A stretch of DNA of 63,955 nt, the filler included, from Octopus bimaculoides (taxonomy: Eukaryota), in NCBI RefSeq assembly GCF_001194135.2. It is 6 parts of 4 records of this genome, joined end to end, with 100 filler letters (N's around TTAATTAATTAA, not from the genome) between each part and the next. Parts side by side here need not be neighbours in the genome. Positions count along the whole stretch, not along the records: positions 1 to 23,223 come from NC_068986.1; 5 more parts are not named here. The stretch is one strand, 5' to 3'. The position numbers and the translations under genes were made by a program. The stretch's first letter is position 1. The number at the start of each line of letters is the position of its first letter. Positions 1-12,210 of the stretch are shown in pieces. Under the pieces are notes generated by a model. The model did no database searches, was not told the origin of the DNA, and saw only the letters and a list, made by a program, of their open reading frames with translations.

Positions 1-543
1 CTTCATACTCAGAATATTTATTTTTTCCTCAACGTCGAATATTACCGCTGCTGCCGCCCACATTACGTCGTATCTGAATGGTATGTCCTCTATGGTTACC
101 CGTGCTGTTCTTTTTCCCATGTAAGTGGGCAGCAACATGATTGTATCATTTTTCAACGTTTCCGTTGATACCTCCCTCGCCACTTCAGCCGAGTCAAAGT
201 GCACCTGAACTGTTGCACTTCGTACTCCGCGGTTGACGTGGCAGACCTTTGGCCATATTGGTGCCAGACACATTTCAACCAGTTCGTTACGAACCTCAGC
301 AATTTTTTTCTCCTTTATGTTGTAGACCTTGTATATCACAATTTTTTCCTTCAGGGCATTGATAGTCTCGGGTGGTGGAATCAGTTTGGTTTCACCATCC
401 ACCTTTTGGATGTACTTCCTGAAAGCGTACAGACTTTCTTTTACAACTTTTAATTCTATGGTGTTTCCACCAACAGCCTGAGAAAAACTTTGCTTTGGCA
501 TACCTTCTCCCTGAATGGGAACGTTGCTCTCAGCTGTCGCCAT
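1..543 (-). CDS. Intact N-terminal 181 codons of an ORF running off the window edge; probable ORF1 (gag-like) of an L1/Tx1-type non-LTR retrotransposon
   Basis: Manual translation from ATG at 543: MATAESNVPIQGEGMPKQSFSQAVGG...VQVHFDSAEVAREV...LLPTYMGKRTARVTIEDIPFRYDVMW..., with no stop to base 1. Absent from the ORF track because it has no stop. More GC/CpG-rich than its flanks; decayed homologue at 9.2-9.8 kb. The family assignment is inference. Confidence 0.6.
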   Translation of the reverse strand, partial: MATAESNVPIQGEGMPKQSFSQAVGGNTIELKVVKESLYAFRKYIQKVDGETKLIPPPETINALKEKIVIYKVYNIKEKKIAEVRNELVEMCLAPIWPKVCHVNRGVRSATVQVHFDSAEVAREVSTETLKNDTIMLLPTYMGKRTARVTIEDIPFRYDVMWAAAAVIFDVEEKINILSMK

Positions 544-741
544 TCTTGTCACAAAGACAAAAAATCTTTTCGCAAAGACAAATAATTGTGTTGGTAATTT
601 CCAGCCCCGTAGGGCGAAAACAACTGTTAAACAACCAGTTACTGAATTTTACAGTTCAAAAATATATCACAATAACACACGGAGAAGAACTCACACAGAC
701 GTAGCAGCAAAGTAATGTTGAATCACAAGTTACAATATTCC

Positions 742-860
742 AAACAGGAAATGTGTGTAAGGGAAGATAATTCTGTGGGTTTTATACTCTTTAGTTGGAG
801 TTCAGAGCTAAAGAGTATGAAACCCACAGAATTATCTTCCCTTACACACACTTCCTGTTT
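742..860. repeat. Near-perfect inverted repeat (53-bp arms, 13-nt loop)
   Basis: Arm 742-794 is the reverse complement of 808-860 except at 751/851 (A/C) and 783/819 (T/G); loop TTGGAGTTCAGAG. Confidence 0.95.
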
Positions 861-2053
861 TGACACCACACTTCCTACTTGACACATAAACTTTTCCCCC
901 TCTTTTTTGTAAACACAACTTTTAATTCCATGCATCCTAATCTTTCTAACAATTATCTACATGGATTACCATTGAACTTTAAAAGATCAAAGACAATATA
1001 ATGTATTGGTATATTCATTTTTTTATGTATTACTTTTTTATATATTATTTTTTATTTTTTTGCAAAAAACATTTTCATTCTCCCTCTTCTTGAAAATTTG
1101 CCAAGCAATGAAAGCTGGTTAGAAATCCTTTGTAATCCTTCTTATACATATCTATATTAAAATACGCTTTCAGTTTAGCATTCTGCCTTATTATTATTTT
1201 NNNNNNNNNNNTATATTATTAATAAAATTATTAACAATATTCTTAGGAAATCAATATTCAAATTTCTGAAAGATGTATGTTTTATATGACACAATAATCA
1301 TTTTGAATTATAATTAAAATTAAAAATATACAAAATATAAATGTATATAAAAATATATGCATAAGTGAGTGTAAATATAATTCGATTAAAATATTATGAA
1401 AGTCTAAAATGCATCTTATGATCGTTTTGCGGATATTATTGCCTTTATAATGTAATCTAATATAGACAAGCATATTGGCAATAATTCCGCTCTTCAGAGA
1501 TGTATAAAGTTATCATTATGTATGTGAAAACGAATGGTATACATAATAAATATGCTATAGGATGATGTTAATTAAAATATTAAAAAATATTAAGAATATT
1601 AAAAATATTAAAAATATATACTGTCCTTTGAGAATTTGTAAATCCAATCCATCATATAATTTGAAAAATTCATAGTTTTCCTTTGTGGATATTTTATATG
1701 ATATATAGTTTTTGATGTTGGTATATTTTTCAGAATATTTGAGAATCACAATACATTATTAGAGTAGAGTCTATCTTGTTGTTAGATTTATTGCATTATT
1801 TCGCAATAATTAAATATATAATATAATATTTGTAAATCCTATGAATTCCATCCACTGTGTATATTTCATTATTAAAAAATTTGGTTAGAATTGAGATAAG
1901 TATATATAGAAATTTTTTTATTTGTCAGAAGATTCTATTTCAAATTTAAATTTAATTTAATATAATTATGGAAGTATTGTAAATTACTAGTATTTGAGTT
2001 CAATTATTAAGTGTCTAGATTTAATATGTATATATACCTAACACTTATATATA

Positions 2054-2129
2054 GCACCTTGGGCTAGTGTCTTCTCCTATAACCTCGGGCCCAACCAAAG
2101 CCTTATATATATATATATATATATATATA
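2054..2129 (+). mobile_element. SINE family A internal fragment followed by (TA)n
   Basis: GCACCTTGGGCTAGTGTCTTCTCCTATAACCTCGGGCCCAACCAAAGCC matches the intact copies at 59791 and 62256. Confidence 0.75.
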
Positions 2130-5100
2130 GCTAATACAATAATAATGCTTTTAGTGGACACACTAGTCAGATAGACTACATTCTGGCCAGGAAATGGGAA
2201 AGATAGCTACTTATAAGTGCCAAAACTTTCCTAGGTGAAGAATGCAACCCACAACATAGGTTAGTAGTTAGCGACTTCAAGATCAGGGCTAAAATGACTG
2301 TCCAGAAGACAACCAGCATGGAAAAGGAGGGTCTGGAAGCTTAAAGATCTTCTGAATGGAGAGAGATTTAGAGATGTACTACTTGAAGTTTTTGATGAAA
2401 AAGGAGGAAAGAGCATCACATAATGTGGAGGACAACACACGCGTGCACACACACACATACACATGTATATGTACATATATTTAAGAAGGGCATGGCATGC
2501 TTGGCAACAGGAAGAGCATCTGACAATAGTAAATCTGCCTCAATGAATTGTGTCTAACCCATGAAAGCATGGAAAAGAAGATGTTAAAACAATGGAAAGT
2601 TAAAGTTTAGTATTTTGTATTATATTTATGAAAAGTTTTCTTTTCTCATTATCTGTATTAATCTTCAATGTAAAGCACAAAGTCAATGCTTAAATCAAGT
2701 TATTCTACAATGCTGTTGCATTTTTCCAACAGTGTAGATGTGTATTTCATTAACTAACCTGCTGATAAACATTTAAATGTTACTCAATGCCTCCAGCTTG
2801 TTGGATGATTGTATCATTATTCACTCCTTGATTTCATTTATTTATTTTTTAATGTAAAGTTATGGTTCAAACATAATGCCAAAAAATAACAAAAAAATTT
2901 AGCTTTGACTGAAATTCACTAATATTTTGTTGTCTATAATGAATTACAAGGATACTAAATTCATCTATAAGAATACTTAACTATAATTAGATTTGAGCTT
3001 TCATTCAATGCTTTAAATTGAAGATTAATATTGGAGATTGGATCAGAAAATTCCTTTTCATACACACAATACAAAATGCTAAACTTCAACTGAACTTAAA
3101 GTTTCATATTATGCATTACACTGAACAAAACAAAATATTTCACACCTGTCACTAAAAAAGGAGAAAAAGTGAACTATTCTAGTAGACGGGGAAACAGAAG
3201 GAGAAAGGGAAAATGATACAGCATATGAATGATACAAACAATACTATTGTTAGGTAAAAGTCAGATCCCTTTCTAAACTAATCATGAATAAAAGTATTAA
3301 GGTGTTTGTCACCATTTCTAACTATAAACAGCTATTAGTTTCAGTCTTCTCAACCAAAAATTTCATTAGTTTAAAAGAATTTTCTGAGTGCACAACAGTT
3401 AAACTAGAGATGATAAAATAAAGTATCCATTAAGTAATAAGATTGATTCACTTGGGGGCTACTCACACCTTCAAAAAGCAAATTTGAGCCCTGTATCTAT
3501 TTTAGAAACCAATGATTATTTCAATTCTGTTACTTTTGGTTGTTAACTATTTTCATTATTTGAGGCAGAATGTAGAAACATGCGCTTTGTTTCTTTTTTT
3601 CTGTCTGCAATTAGCATTTGTAATATCTAATACTACTTTAGATTGACAACCATAGCAATTTATTCAATGATTATTTCATTTATTAAATTAAGCAATGTAC
3701 TGAAAACATAAATTTACAATAAAATCACATTAAATTATATGGAAATTTTAAGGGTGAACACTTACTTTACTTAGTCTCATCCCTATTTTCTGAATTTAGG
3801 AGTACAATAAATTTATGAAATTGATATAATATTGATTCAATAAATTATATCATCAGCCCTACATAATGCTAGAAATCAATAATACCATGAAATTTAAGAC
3901 CTTACAAAATATATTACAGTAACAGTTTTTATCCCACTTGGGAACAAACTTTTCTTTATTCGAAAGTTGGATGAATACCAACCAGTGATATGCTGGAGAT
4001 TGATAAAACTGTATCACTGCATCATTTCGGTCGACAAATATTGACCTTGCTGATTTAATAAGAAATCAATGTTGATTTCTTTTTTGATTAACCACAAGTT
4101 CAATTATTTTAAAGGAGAGAAAACAAGATGCATGATGTTTATATTTTTACCAAAGAGACCAGTGGTGTTAGTGAAATGGCTTAAATCAGGGGTTTAAAAC
4201 AGTATAACTCTCTCAAAAACTTGTTTCTTGCTCTACTATCATGAAACTTGGCAAGTATCAAAGTGTAATTGAAGTGTTTTACTCTCTGATATTATCACTG
4301 ATGACCTTCAGGTCAACCCTAATAAAGCAGACCTATGATGAAATGCAATCTATTTATGACCATCTCATATTTTTACTATGTCCAGGTGTACCAGGGTTCA
4401 TTTTTTTAAAGATAGTAAGGTGGTATTTTGGAAGATTTGGCTGCTATTTCCACCAACTTGAGTAAACATGCATAGAGCAGGAGTTCTCAACCTTTTCACT
4501 ATCAAAGATTTTCCCCAAGGACTTGAGAGTTTTGAAAGGTCTGCCTACTCAATAAATTGTGAATTCAACTCACAAATGCCCAGGATTACATGGATCCTTA
4601 ACTGGGAACTAATGATGTAGAGGCTCCACAATGGTTTGCCTGGTATCATTATTTCATTGTCAAAGACATAATTCTTTTGAGGAAAGCATGAATATCTTAC
4701 AACTATGTTTCTCTACACCATGTGTAGCTGAGTGGTTAATTAATGATATCATTCTACTATTAAACTTGAAAAGCCATTACCAAGTTAATTAAATGTAAGT
4801 CAGTCTCTGTTTAAGATAGGGAGGATACTTTCTGATTAACAAAAGAAATTCTTTTTCAAGAATATTCATGGAAACAAGAACTGGTTACTATGGTGAATGA
4901 ACTCTTGGAGACAAAAACAGAATCCTGTACTTTCTCATTTTGTAAGCTATGATATTAAATGAAATAGGGCTAGAAAAAAAGTCAATTTATAAATGTTGTG
5001 CATTTAATCAATAAAATATAAAAGAACTGTTTGTTCTAAATTTTCTTTCCATTCACATAGATTAATGGATATTAAAGAAATAGGATTATTGTAATTCTCA

Positions 5101-8009
5101 CTTTTATGTGAATATTTAAATGGAAAGGAAAAAATGTCTTGCATTGTTTGTTGCTTTTCATTGTTGTGGCATTAGAAGCATTATGATAGAACTATTTAGA
5201 ATAGTGATAAGTCCCACCCCCACTGAACCAAGTCAGCATTTCATTTTTGATTTCCCACAAGGTTCATTTATATTTTACTTTATGTTTCATGCTGATCAGC
5301 CTGTAAATTTGGTTCGATTTAATAGCTTAAGGCTTAGTGTTTGTTAAGCTAGCTTGCCCTTGACATTTGATTTTAAAAAGATGCATTGGTGATGCTCTAG
5401 ATTCACAACTGATTATATATTTATAGGTGTCACTGTATAGGATTACAACCTTACAGAAATAATAGCAAGACCTCTTCCAAAACTACTATTATAGAAAATA
5501 AAGGAAGGATATATGAATAAAAGAGTTCTATATATTATACACCTAGGAAAAAGGTAGTCATGGCTGGTATAACTTTGATCACTGGTCTGTTCAATTAGTG
5601 TTATCCAAAGGTTAAACAACAAAATTATTCTCTTCTAAAATGTTTACAAGAACTATAGAGTAAGTAAGGCAAAGCAGCAGGGTTATTAGAGCATCTTCTG
5701 CTATTTGTCCCATAATTTGGGTCCTTCACATGTAGTACCACCCTAGACCAGTGTGGATAGATTAATAATGTTTTGGAGAGAATGGAGAAGAGTAATTCCA
5801 TTTTATCTAAAATTCCTGAGTTGGAATCTCACCACCAAATGCAGTCTTAAGAAATATGTGTGTGTGTGTGTTTTAATAGAACAGCCCACAGAAGGACTAA
5901 TGAGCAGAATACAGAATAGAACAGAAACAATGAAGCAATACTGTTAAAGATTATTTACTTTTACAGTGCCACACTGTTCAAAGTTCAAACCTTTCCAGAG
6001 ATGGCTTTTTCCTCATGTGTGTGTTGGGGGAAATAATAACAAATAATAAACTGAGATTAATTCAAATGACTACAATCTTTTTTCTGAGAACATTTTTTGT
6101 CATATGTCTAGATAAAAGATATGCAACAAACCTTCCATAAGCTAGAAACTTCTAAACAAGTATTACCCTTACCAAAATTAGAATCTCAATGGAGGAAGAT
6201 CATGTAATATCAATGTACTAATGGGACCCGTGGAAATTTGATGGAATGGAAAAGATTAAGAGGATCTATTTAAGAAAGAAAGGATGATTTGCATTTTTAT
6301 GGTATTCATAGTTTAGCTTTCCTTAAATATTCTTGATGTTTGTTTACATCCATTCCCTCACATCTCTGTCAGTGTTGTCTTTTACCACTTTTTATTATAT
6401 TTTCTCACCGTTCCTCTCTGATCCATGTTCTATATCTGTGTGTCCTTTCTTGGACAGCTTGCAGCCATGTTTCTTGTGAATCATGAATTTAGGCTAAATT
6501 AGCCCTTATAAACAAATATTATTTTTTTAAGTGAGCAGATGATAAATAATTGACTTAAGTGTATGCAATGATCACTATAAAAAAATTAGTTCAATAAGAA
6601 AAAATAATAATTTTCACTATCAACACACCACCACCGCTCTCTGCCTCTCTCGCTCGCTCGCTCGCTCTCTCTCTCAATATAACTGCATCCCCTGTCCATC
6701 TCTCTCTATTTACCTTCCCCCTCAGCTAACTTTTTAACCATGTAATAAGTATTCTTTTCTCACCTCACTGTTCATCATTAACACCTCTCCCTCACACGTT
6801 TTCTCTTATTCTTCGCCTCTACCTTTAGCTGACCATTTGGCCCAAGTGTATTAATAATAACCACTTTTCTCTACTTCTTCCTCTCTTCTTTCTTCACTCC
6901 TCCCTCTCCCCCTCTCTCTCTCACACACTCTTACTCTACCTCCACCTCTCTAACTAATTAATGCATAATGGGCAAATAAACAAGCAGATTATTATGTAGA
7001 TGGTGTAGTATATACAACAAAACCACCATAAAGCAAGAAACCAAGAAGTCCATAAACAAATTTAACCTTACAAGAACTAGAATTTCAATGAAGGACAACT
7101 TAGAACTATGAGAACATAGAATACAAAAGTTTCACAATCAACAAGCATACCAAACTTATACATCTCATCTTCAGCTGCCAAATGGATAACATTATGGTTT
7201 TCAACGGGGTAGCAGCATTCAATCTGACAGTGTTAACAAGTTTAGAACATGAACACTGTCTGGGAATTAATAGACAAGAAGCAGGATCTAGATAAAAGAT
7301 GCTATTTAATTGTATCTTATCAATATTGTTGTGGATATTTTAAGCAATGAAATCAAATTTCAAATTCTTTACTGTGTATATTTTGCCTTTTGAATAGGTT
7401 CTCCATATGCATGCATGTCGTAAGAAGTCCCTAAAGGAGCTGGTAACAGGAAAGACCATAAAACAATGCTTCTGGAAACACATGCAACCTATGCTTGTAT
7501 AGAAAAATTGGAGTAAAACAGTGATGATGATGATGATGATAAAACTTGAAACCCAGGGTCAGACAGCTCCCACTATGAGAAGGTACTTGAAAAAAAAACA
7601 AAAAAAAACACATAAATATCACTTCTTATCATGAGTTAAATTTAAGATCGTAAAACTTTCTACTTGAAGAAAAACAAGTAGTTATCCTTGTTGTTTTTAA
7701 ATTTCCAGAGAAGTATGGAACAACAATGACTAAACTGCTTGGCATGGTTCTTTTCTTGCTTAAAGGAAGTAATGCTCTTCCTTTAAGTTCATATTGGCCA
7801 TAAAGCGATCTCAACAAAGATTGTAAGTCATAGCATATTTACTGATCAATCTTCTGCTCTTCATCAATTATCAGTAATATCAACATTGTTAGTTGTATCA
7901 ACAGTGGCAAAAAGCAGATGTTATCATCTTATAATAAAATAATCATTTAAAAATGAATAAAAATTAGCTTTTTTCTTACATTTCCTTGCTAGATACCAAT
8001 AACCAATAG

Positions 8010-8132
8010 CTAGTGAATTGGTAAAGTTGTTAAAGTGCTGGATGAAATGCTTTGTAGTATTAAATTCCAACACCTTGTGCTTTGAGTTCAAATTTTGCTA
8101 AGGTAGGTCAGCTTTGCTTTTCATTCTTCCAG
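8010..8132 (+). mobile_element. Decayed SINE family B head
   Basis: TGAAATGCTTTG...TGAGTTCAAATTTTGCTAAGG...CTTTGCTTTTCATTCTT aligns with the family B copies at 32445 and 50695; CpGs are lost. Confidence 0.65.
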
Positions 8133-8799
8133 TCTAATGTGGTGGACTGGCATAACTATTAGAGTGCCACATGAGGTGATTTATAGTATTTGTTCTGTCT
8201 CTTTGTTTTCTGTGTTCAAATCTTGCTGTGGACCACATGGATAGTAGACTTAATCCTTAACTTTGTTTCATACCACTGCCAGATCCTTGGGAGTTTTAGT
8301 GGAGTTCACTCTGTTGCAAGCATTTCAGGATCAGAAACATACATATGCAAACATAAAAACATATACCTGCAGTAGTATACAAGGAGCATTTGCAGTTGTA
8401 TGTAAATGTTAATGTACATATGTAACTATGCATGATTAGCTTATTATATTATAAATACTACTGATTTGAATGTTGGCTTCCTGAAATATGTTTAGTGCTT
8501 TTCAGACTAAAATTGATCAAAATATGTAAGCATATAGATGAGAATTTATGCACTTTAACCAAAACTAACAGATCTAAAAAAAAAAACCACAATAAACAAA
8601 AGGAGTCTCTATGCAGTAATTTGATCTACTGGAAATAATAGCTAAATCTTCAAGTCACTTCCTACATCCTTATAAAAGGAAGGACACATTGAACATACAA
8701 AATGACATCATGCTTTGGTTATGGCTGAACTAGATACTTTACAGTGTCTGGCTTATCACTGTTCATTTGGAGTTCACTCTAGGCTCAGAATCAAAAGAA

Positions 8800-9040
8800 T
8801 AGAATCAAAGGTCCTTCCGAAGACATAAGCTCATGAGGCCAGTTTCCCAGATTCTGTAGCATACATATTCCCCTGCTGGTTGGGATGCCAATTCATCACA
8901 GGATTACTCATTTTTGTCAGCTAAGTGCACTGGAACTGAAGTATCTTGCTCAAGAACACAACATATCACCCAGCTCAGGTGTCAAAACCACAATCCTATG
9001 ATCATGACTGGAAAATCTTAACCACTAAGCCTTGTGCCTC
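8800..9040 (-). mobile_element. SINE family C (tRNA-like head plus CORE-like segment), decayed
   Basis: The minus strand has an A-box-like GGCTTAGTGGTTAAGA, a decayed B-box-like segment, then GTGTTCTTGAGCAAGATACTTCAG, which resembles the CORE motif. Confidence 0.55.
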
Positions 9041-9199
9041 TACAAGCTTGGAATAACTGTTTTTAATATAGGAACAAGGCCCGAAATTTGAGGGAGGGGA
9101 ATTAGTCAATATAGTTGATACCATTGACCCTATAATTGAATCCAGAATATAAAGAGCTATGTGTGTTTTCTTCCCTCTTAAACATCAGCCTCTACTCAT

Positions 9200-9770
9200 A
9201 CTCCCCAAAATAGTAAAAAATCAGGAATGTGGATGATTTCTTTTGGAGAAACCAGTATCTGGAATTCCAAAAGAATTCCAGTCCTGTTAAGCCATGGGGT
9301 GGACTTCATCTCCACAATCTCCCCATGCTCCACCAGAATGGCAAAGATTCTTGCTAGCTCTTGAACCAACATATTTTTGACTCAAATTCGAGTCAACCTT
9401 TTACCTATATAACAGGGAATCATTAAAAAGGTCTGGGATATGCAAGTAATTATTGCTATTCTTCTGGCTTTACACTTGTTGATGCATATAGCAGCTACTG
9501 TCCTGTACTGTTTTCCTTTATATGTATGTAGTACTGAGAGCCACACAACTTGGAGGCATTTTTCAGTTTCTGCTGGAGTGGGAAATTTAAGTTTCTTCTC
9601 TTTGAGAGAAAAGCATTCATACACAATGGTTTTTCATACAGAGTTAATTTTTCCCTCCTTACTAAGCGACATAACACCTGGTTTTACAATATTATTTTTG
9701 TATTGGAGGTTCTTATTTTTCAGATCTTGCACTGCTAACTGCTTTTGGAAAAGATAAAGAGTTGTCGTTT
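9200..9770 (-). pseudogene. Decayed paralogue of the 1-543 ORF1-like protein
   Basis: EKCLQVVWLSVLHTYKGKQYRTV...LMIPCYIGKRLTRI aligns without gaps to EMCLAPIWPKVCHVNRGVRSATV...MLLPTYMGKRTARV (19/60 identical by hand count). Upstream KEKK is shared; in-frame TGA stops are present. Confidence 0.75.
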
Positions 9771-10142
9771 TCGGTTTTCTTTATGTGATTGTTATTGTTA
9801 TTATTATTACTACAGTGGTCAAAATTGCCATATATAAATAGATAAGGAGTGGATGGAGCTCCTTTGTTTAACGAAGCCATGGTGAAGGCAATCTATCTAG
9901 GAAAAGGTAACTCTGAATTCAAATCCTTACTGCTGTCTTGTGGTTAGCCTTTGGTTGGGCAAAGACTGGGAGAAGGACACTGATGTAAAACCTGAAAAGG
10001 TAAATGCACTCAATGATGTCGACTTGCTCTTCTTTTTGGATCATGCTTTGTAGTTTAGAGAGTGGGATTAGTTCTGTGCAAAACTTTTCCTCACTTTAAA
10101 AAAGCATCAAGCACAGGTATTGCTGGAAGGTAAAAAGAAATC

Positions 10143-10300
10143 TTGCATGTATATGACTGGTCAAAGCCTAAAAAGGCACAATTAAGCAATGAATATAGAA
10201 GTGAGACCTGGGTTGTTTATTGTAAGCATTTAAAGCATTTGGAACAATATCATCAATATTGTCTTAGGAAAATTCTTGGGAATAAAAGAATGGATTTAAA
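10143..10300 (+). mobile_element. RTE-clade LINE ORF2 fragment (region downstream of RT)
   Basis: SETWVVYCKHLKHLEQYHQYCLRKILG matches the RTE/BovB motif ETWxxYxxHxxxLExFHxxCLRxIL. Confidence 0.7.
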
Positions 10301-11139
10301 AAGAGAGATGATACATTTTTTCTTTTCTTCTTTTTAGTTCTTAGCAAAAAGGTGGATGAGAAATTTTAGTTTCTCTGGTGAGTGCAAACATATAAAAGAA
10401 ACGCATTTCACATGACCCTGAACTTTTAGCAGACATTTAAGCATTCTAGTAACAATATTCATTTTATTGGTACTTTAGTTCTCAGCCCCAACCAGCACGT
10501 AACCTTCCAAGTTACGTATTGATCATCTGTTATGTTAAAAATCAATAAGTGCAATGTTGCTTATGGTCTGCTAAAACCACTCAAGAACACTACAGACACA
10601 ACACTAAGAGGAAAGTAAATATTTGTTGACATGCACAAATGGTATGAGATAATATCTCAAGACTGACTTTAGTTATCTGAACAAGAAATTAAAAAGAAAA
10701 GAAAATGTCTCAGACACACCCCATTCTTTTTTTTTTAAGACAACAAAACATAAAGAAGAAAAATAGCTAATTTTCGGGAGGAATATTGCAATTATGCATA
10801 AAAATTTAATCATTTAAAAAATACATTTATATCACTGAATATATTTTACCAACATTTTTCCTTTTTAATATTTTTCAGTTTGATTTTCATTTAGTGACTG
10901 CTTCCCTGCCACAGTTTCAGGTTCATCTTGGACAAGTGTTTTTTTTTTATGTTATAGCTCTGAGCCAGTCAAGGCCTTTTGGGTGGATTTAGTAGAAGGA
11001 AAGAACTCTCTCTCTCTCTCTCTCTCTGCACATGTGCATGCACACTTGTATTTCATTGTTTTGACATCAAACAATAGCAATGGGTGCCACTATCATACAA
11101 GTAAGGTCGTTCATTTCCACTAGTCTGCAAAACATATCT

Positions 11140-11285
11140 GGATATGGGGAAATATTACCTTGCTTGGAAACAAGAGAGGGCTGGCAGCAAGAAGGGCTGT
11201 AGAAAATCTACCTTGAAAAACACTATCTGACCCATGCAAGCATAGAAAAGTGGATGTTAAATGATGAAGATGATAATTATGATTA
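11140..11285 (+). mobile_element. SINE/LINE 3' tail ending in ATG-type repeats
   Basis: ACCCATGCAAGCATAGAAAAGTGGATGTTAAATGATGAAGATGAT; a similar tail lies at about 2485-2595. Confidence 0.55.
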
Positions 11286-12034
11286 ACTCGAAGTAAAACA
11301 ATAAACAATAGCCAGACAGCCATAATAAAACACCTTCATAAACATTAGATAACTGTTATAAGATAGTAAATTTTATCTATAACTGTTATCTAGAAATTAG
11401 TGAGGAAAATATGGTTGCTATGAATGTATTAAAGTTTCCTTCATATAAAGCATTTGTTATTCACTGAATTCAACTGTTTGTCCTCAAGAATCAATCAAAT
11501 TTAGTTATGCTCGCTTGAAGCAAGCTGAATTCCAATTTCATGTTTCAAATTGATAACACAGATTATCAAAAAGTAAAATTCTTATCAATGCTATCCAATC
11601 TTTCATCAATTTTCTTCAAAGATGTTGACCAATTTTCTAAAGACTCATACTCTGCTTAACCTCTTTATCTGCAGCTCTTCTCTCTATTTTCACAAATCTA
11701 AAATCTACACTATTGCAGCACTCTATAAACGATCTCATTCATATACTCAAGATAGCCAAACCACAGAAGAATTTTTAAGAAGCATCCATAAGAGAATATA
11801 ATAACATTATTTTCTGGATTATTCTGAAAGAAATAATATAGTCTCCTACTACTTATAGATTATCTCTCAACACACAAAAAAAAACAACAACAACAAAAAG
11901 GACCACATGAAGTATGTGTAAAGAATGTGATGCTGCATGACAAGATGTGCAAAAGGTCGGATAGAAATTAGAATTGCATTGAGTATAATCTGTTGATTTG
12001 AATGCTATCTTGTTTTAGAATATTACTGTTTACC

Positions 12035-12210
12035 TCCAGGTCAGCTTTGACAGAGCAAGTTTGTGGTCAAAGGGATTTCAGCCATAACCATCATATATCT
12101 TTTACCTATCAGTGACTACAGTCTAATGTGTCTTTTTTAAAGTGTTGGAGTGTAATTTGGGTGTATTAACTGCTATTTCTAGCAGATCAAGCAAATATGT
12201 AGATATTCAT
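12035..12210 (+). repeat. Interspersed repeat family D
   Basis: The motif GGTCA...GAGCAGACCTATGATCAAAGG(C/T)ATTCCAGCCATGACCATC recurs at about 4308, 12695, 16135, 31150 (minus) and 33435. Confidence 0.65.

Noticed and set aside
1211-2030. Mitochondrial or foreign insert suggested by hydrophobic AT-rich ORFs
   Set aside because: No recognisable mitochondrial motif; the ORFs arise from low-complexity AT repeats.
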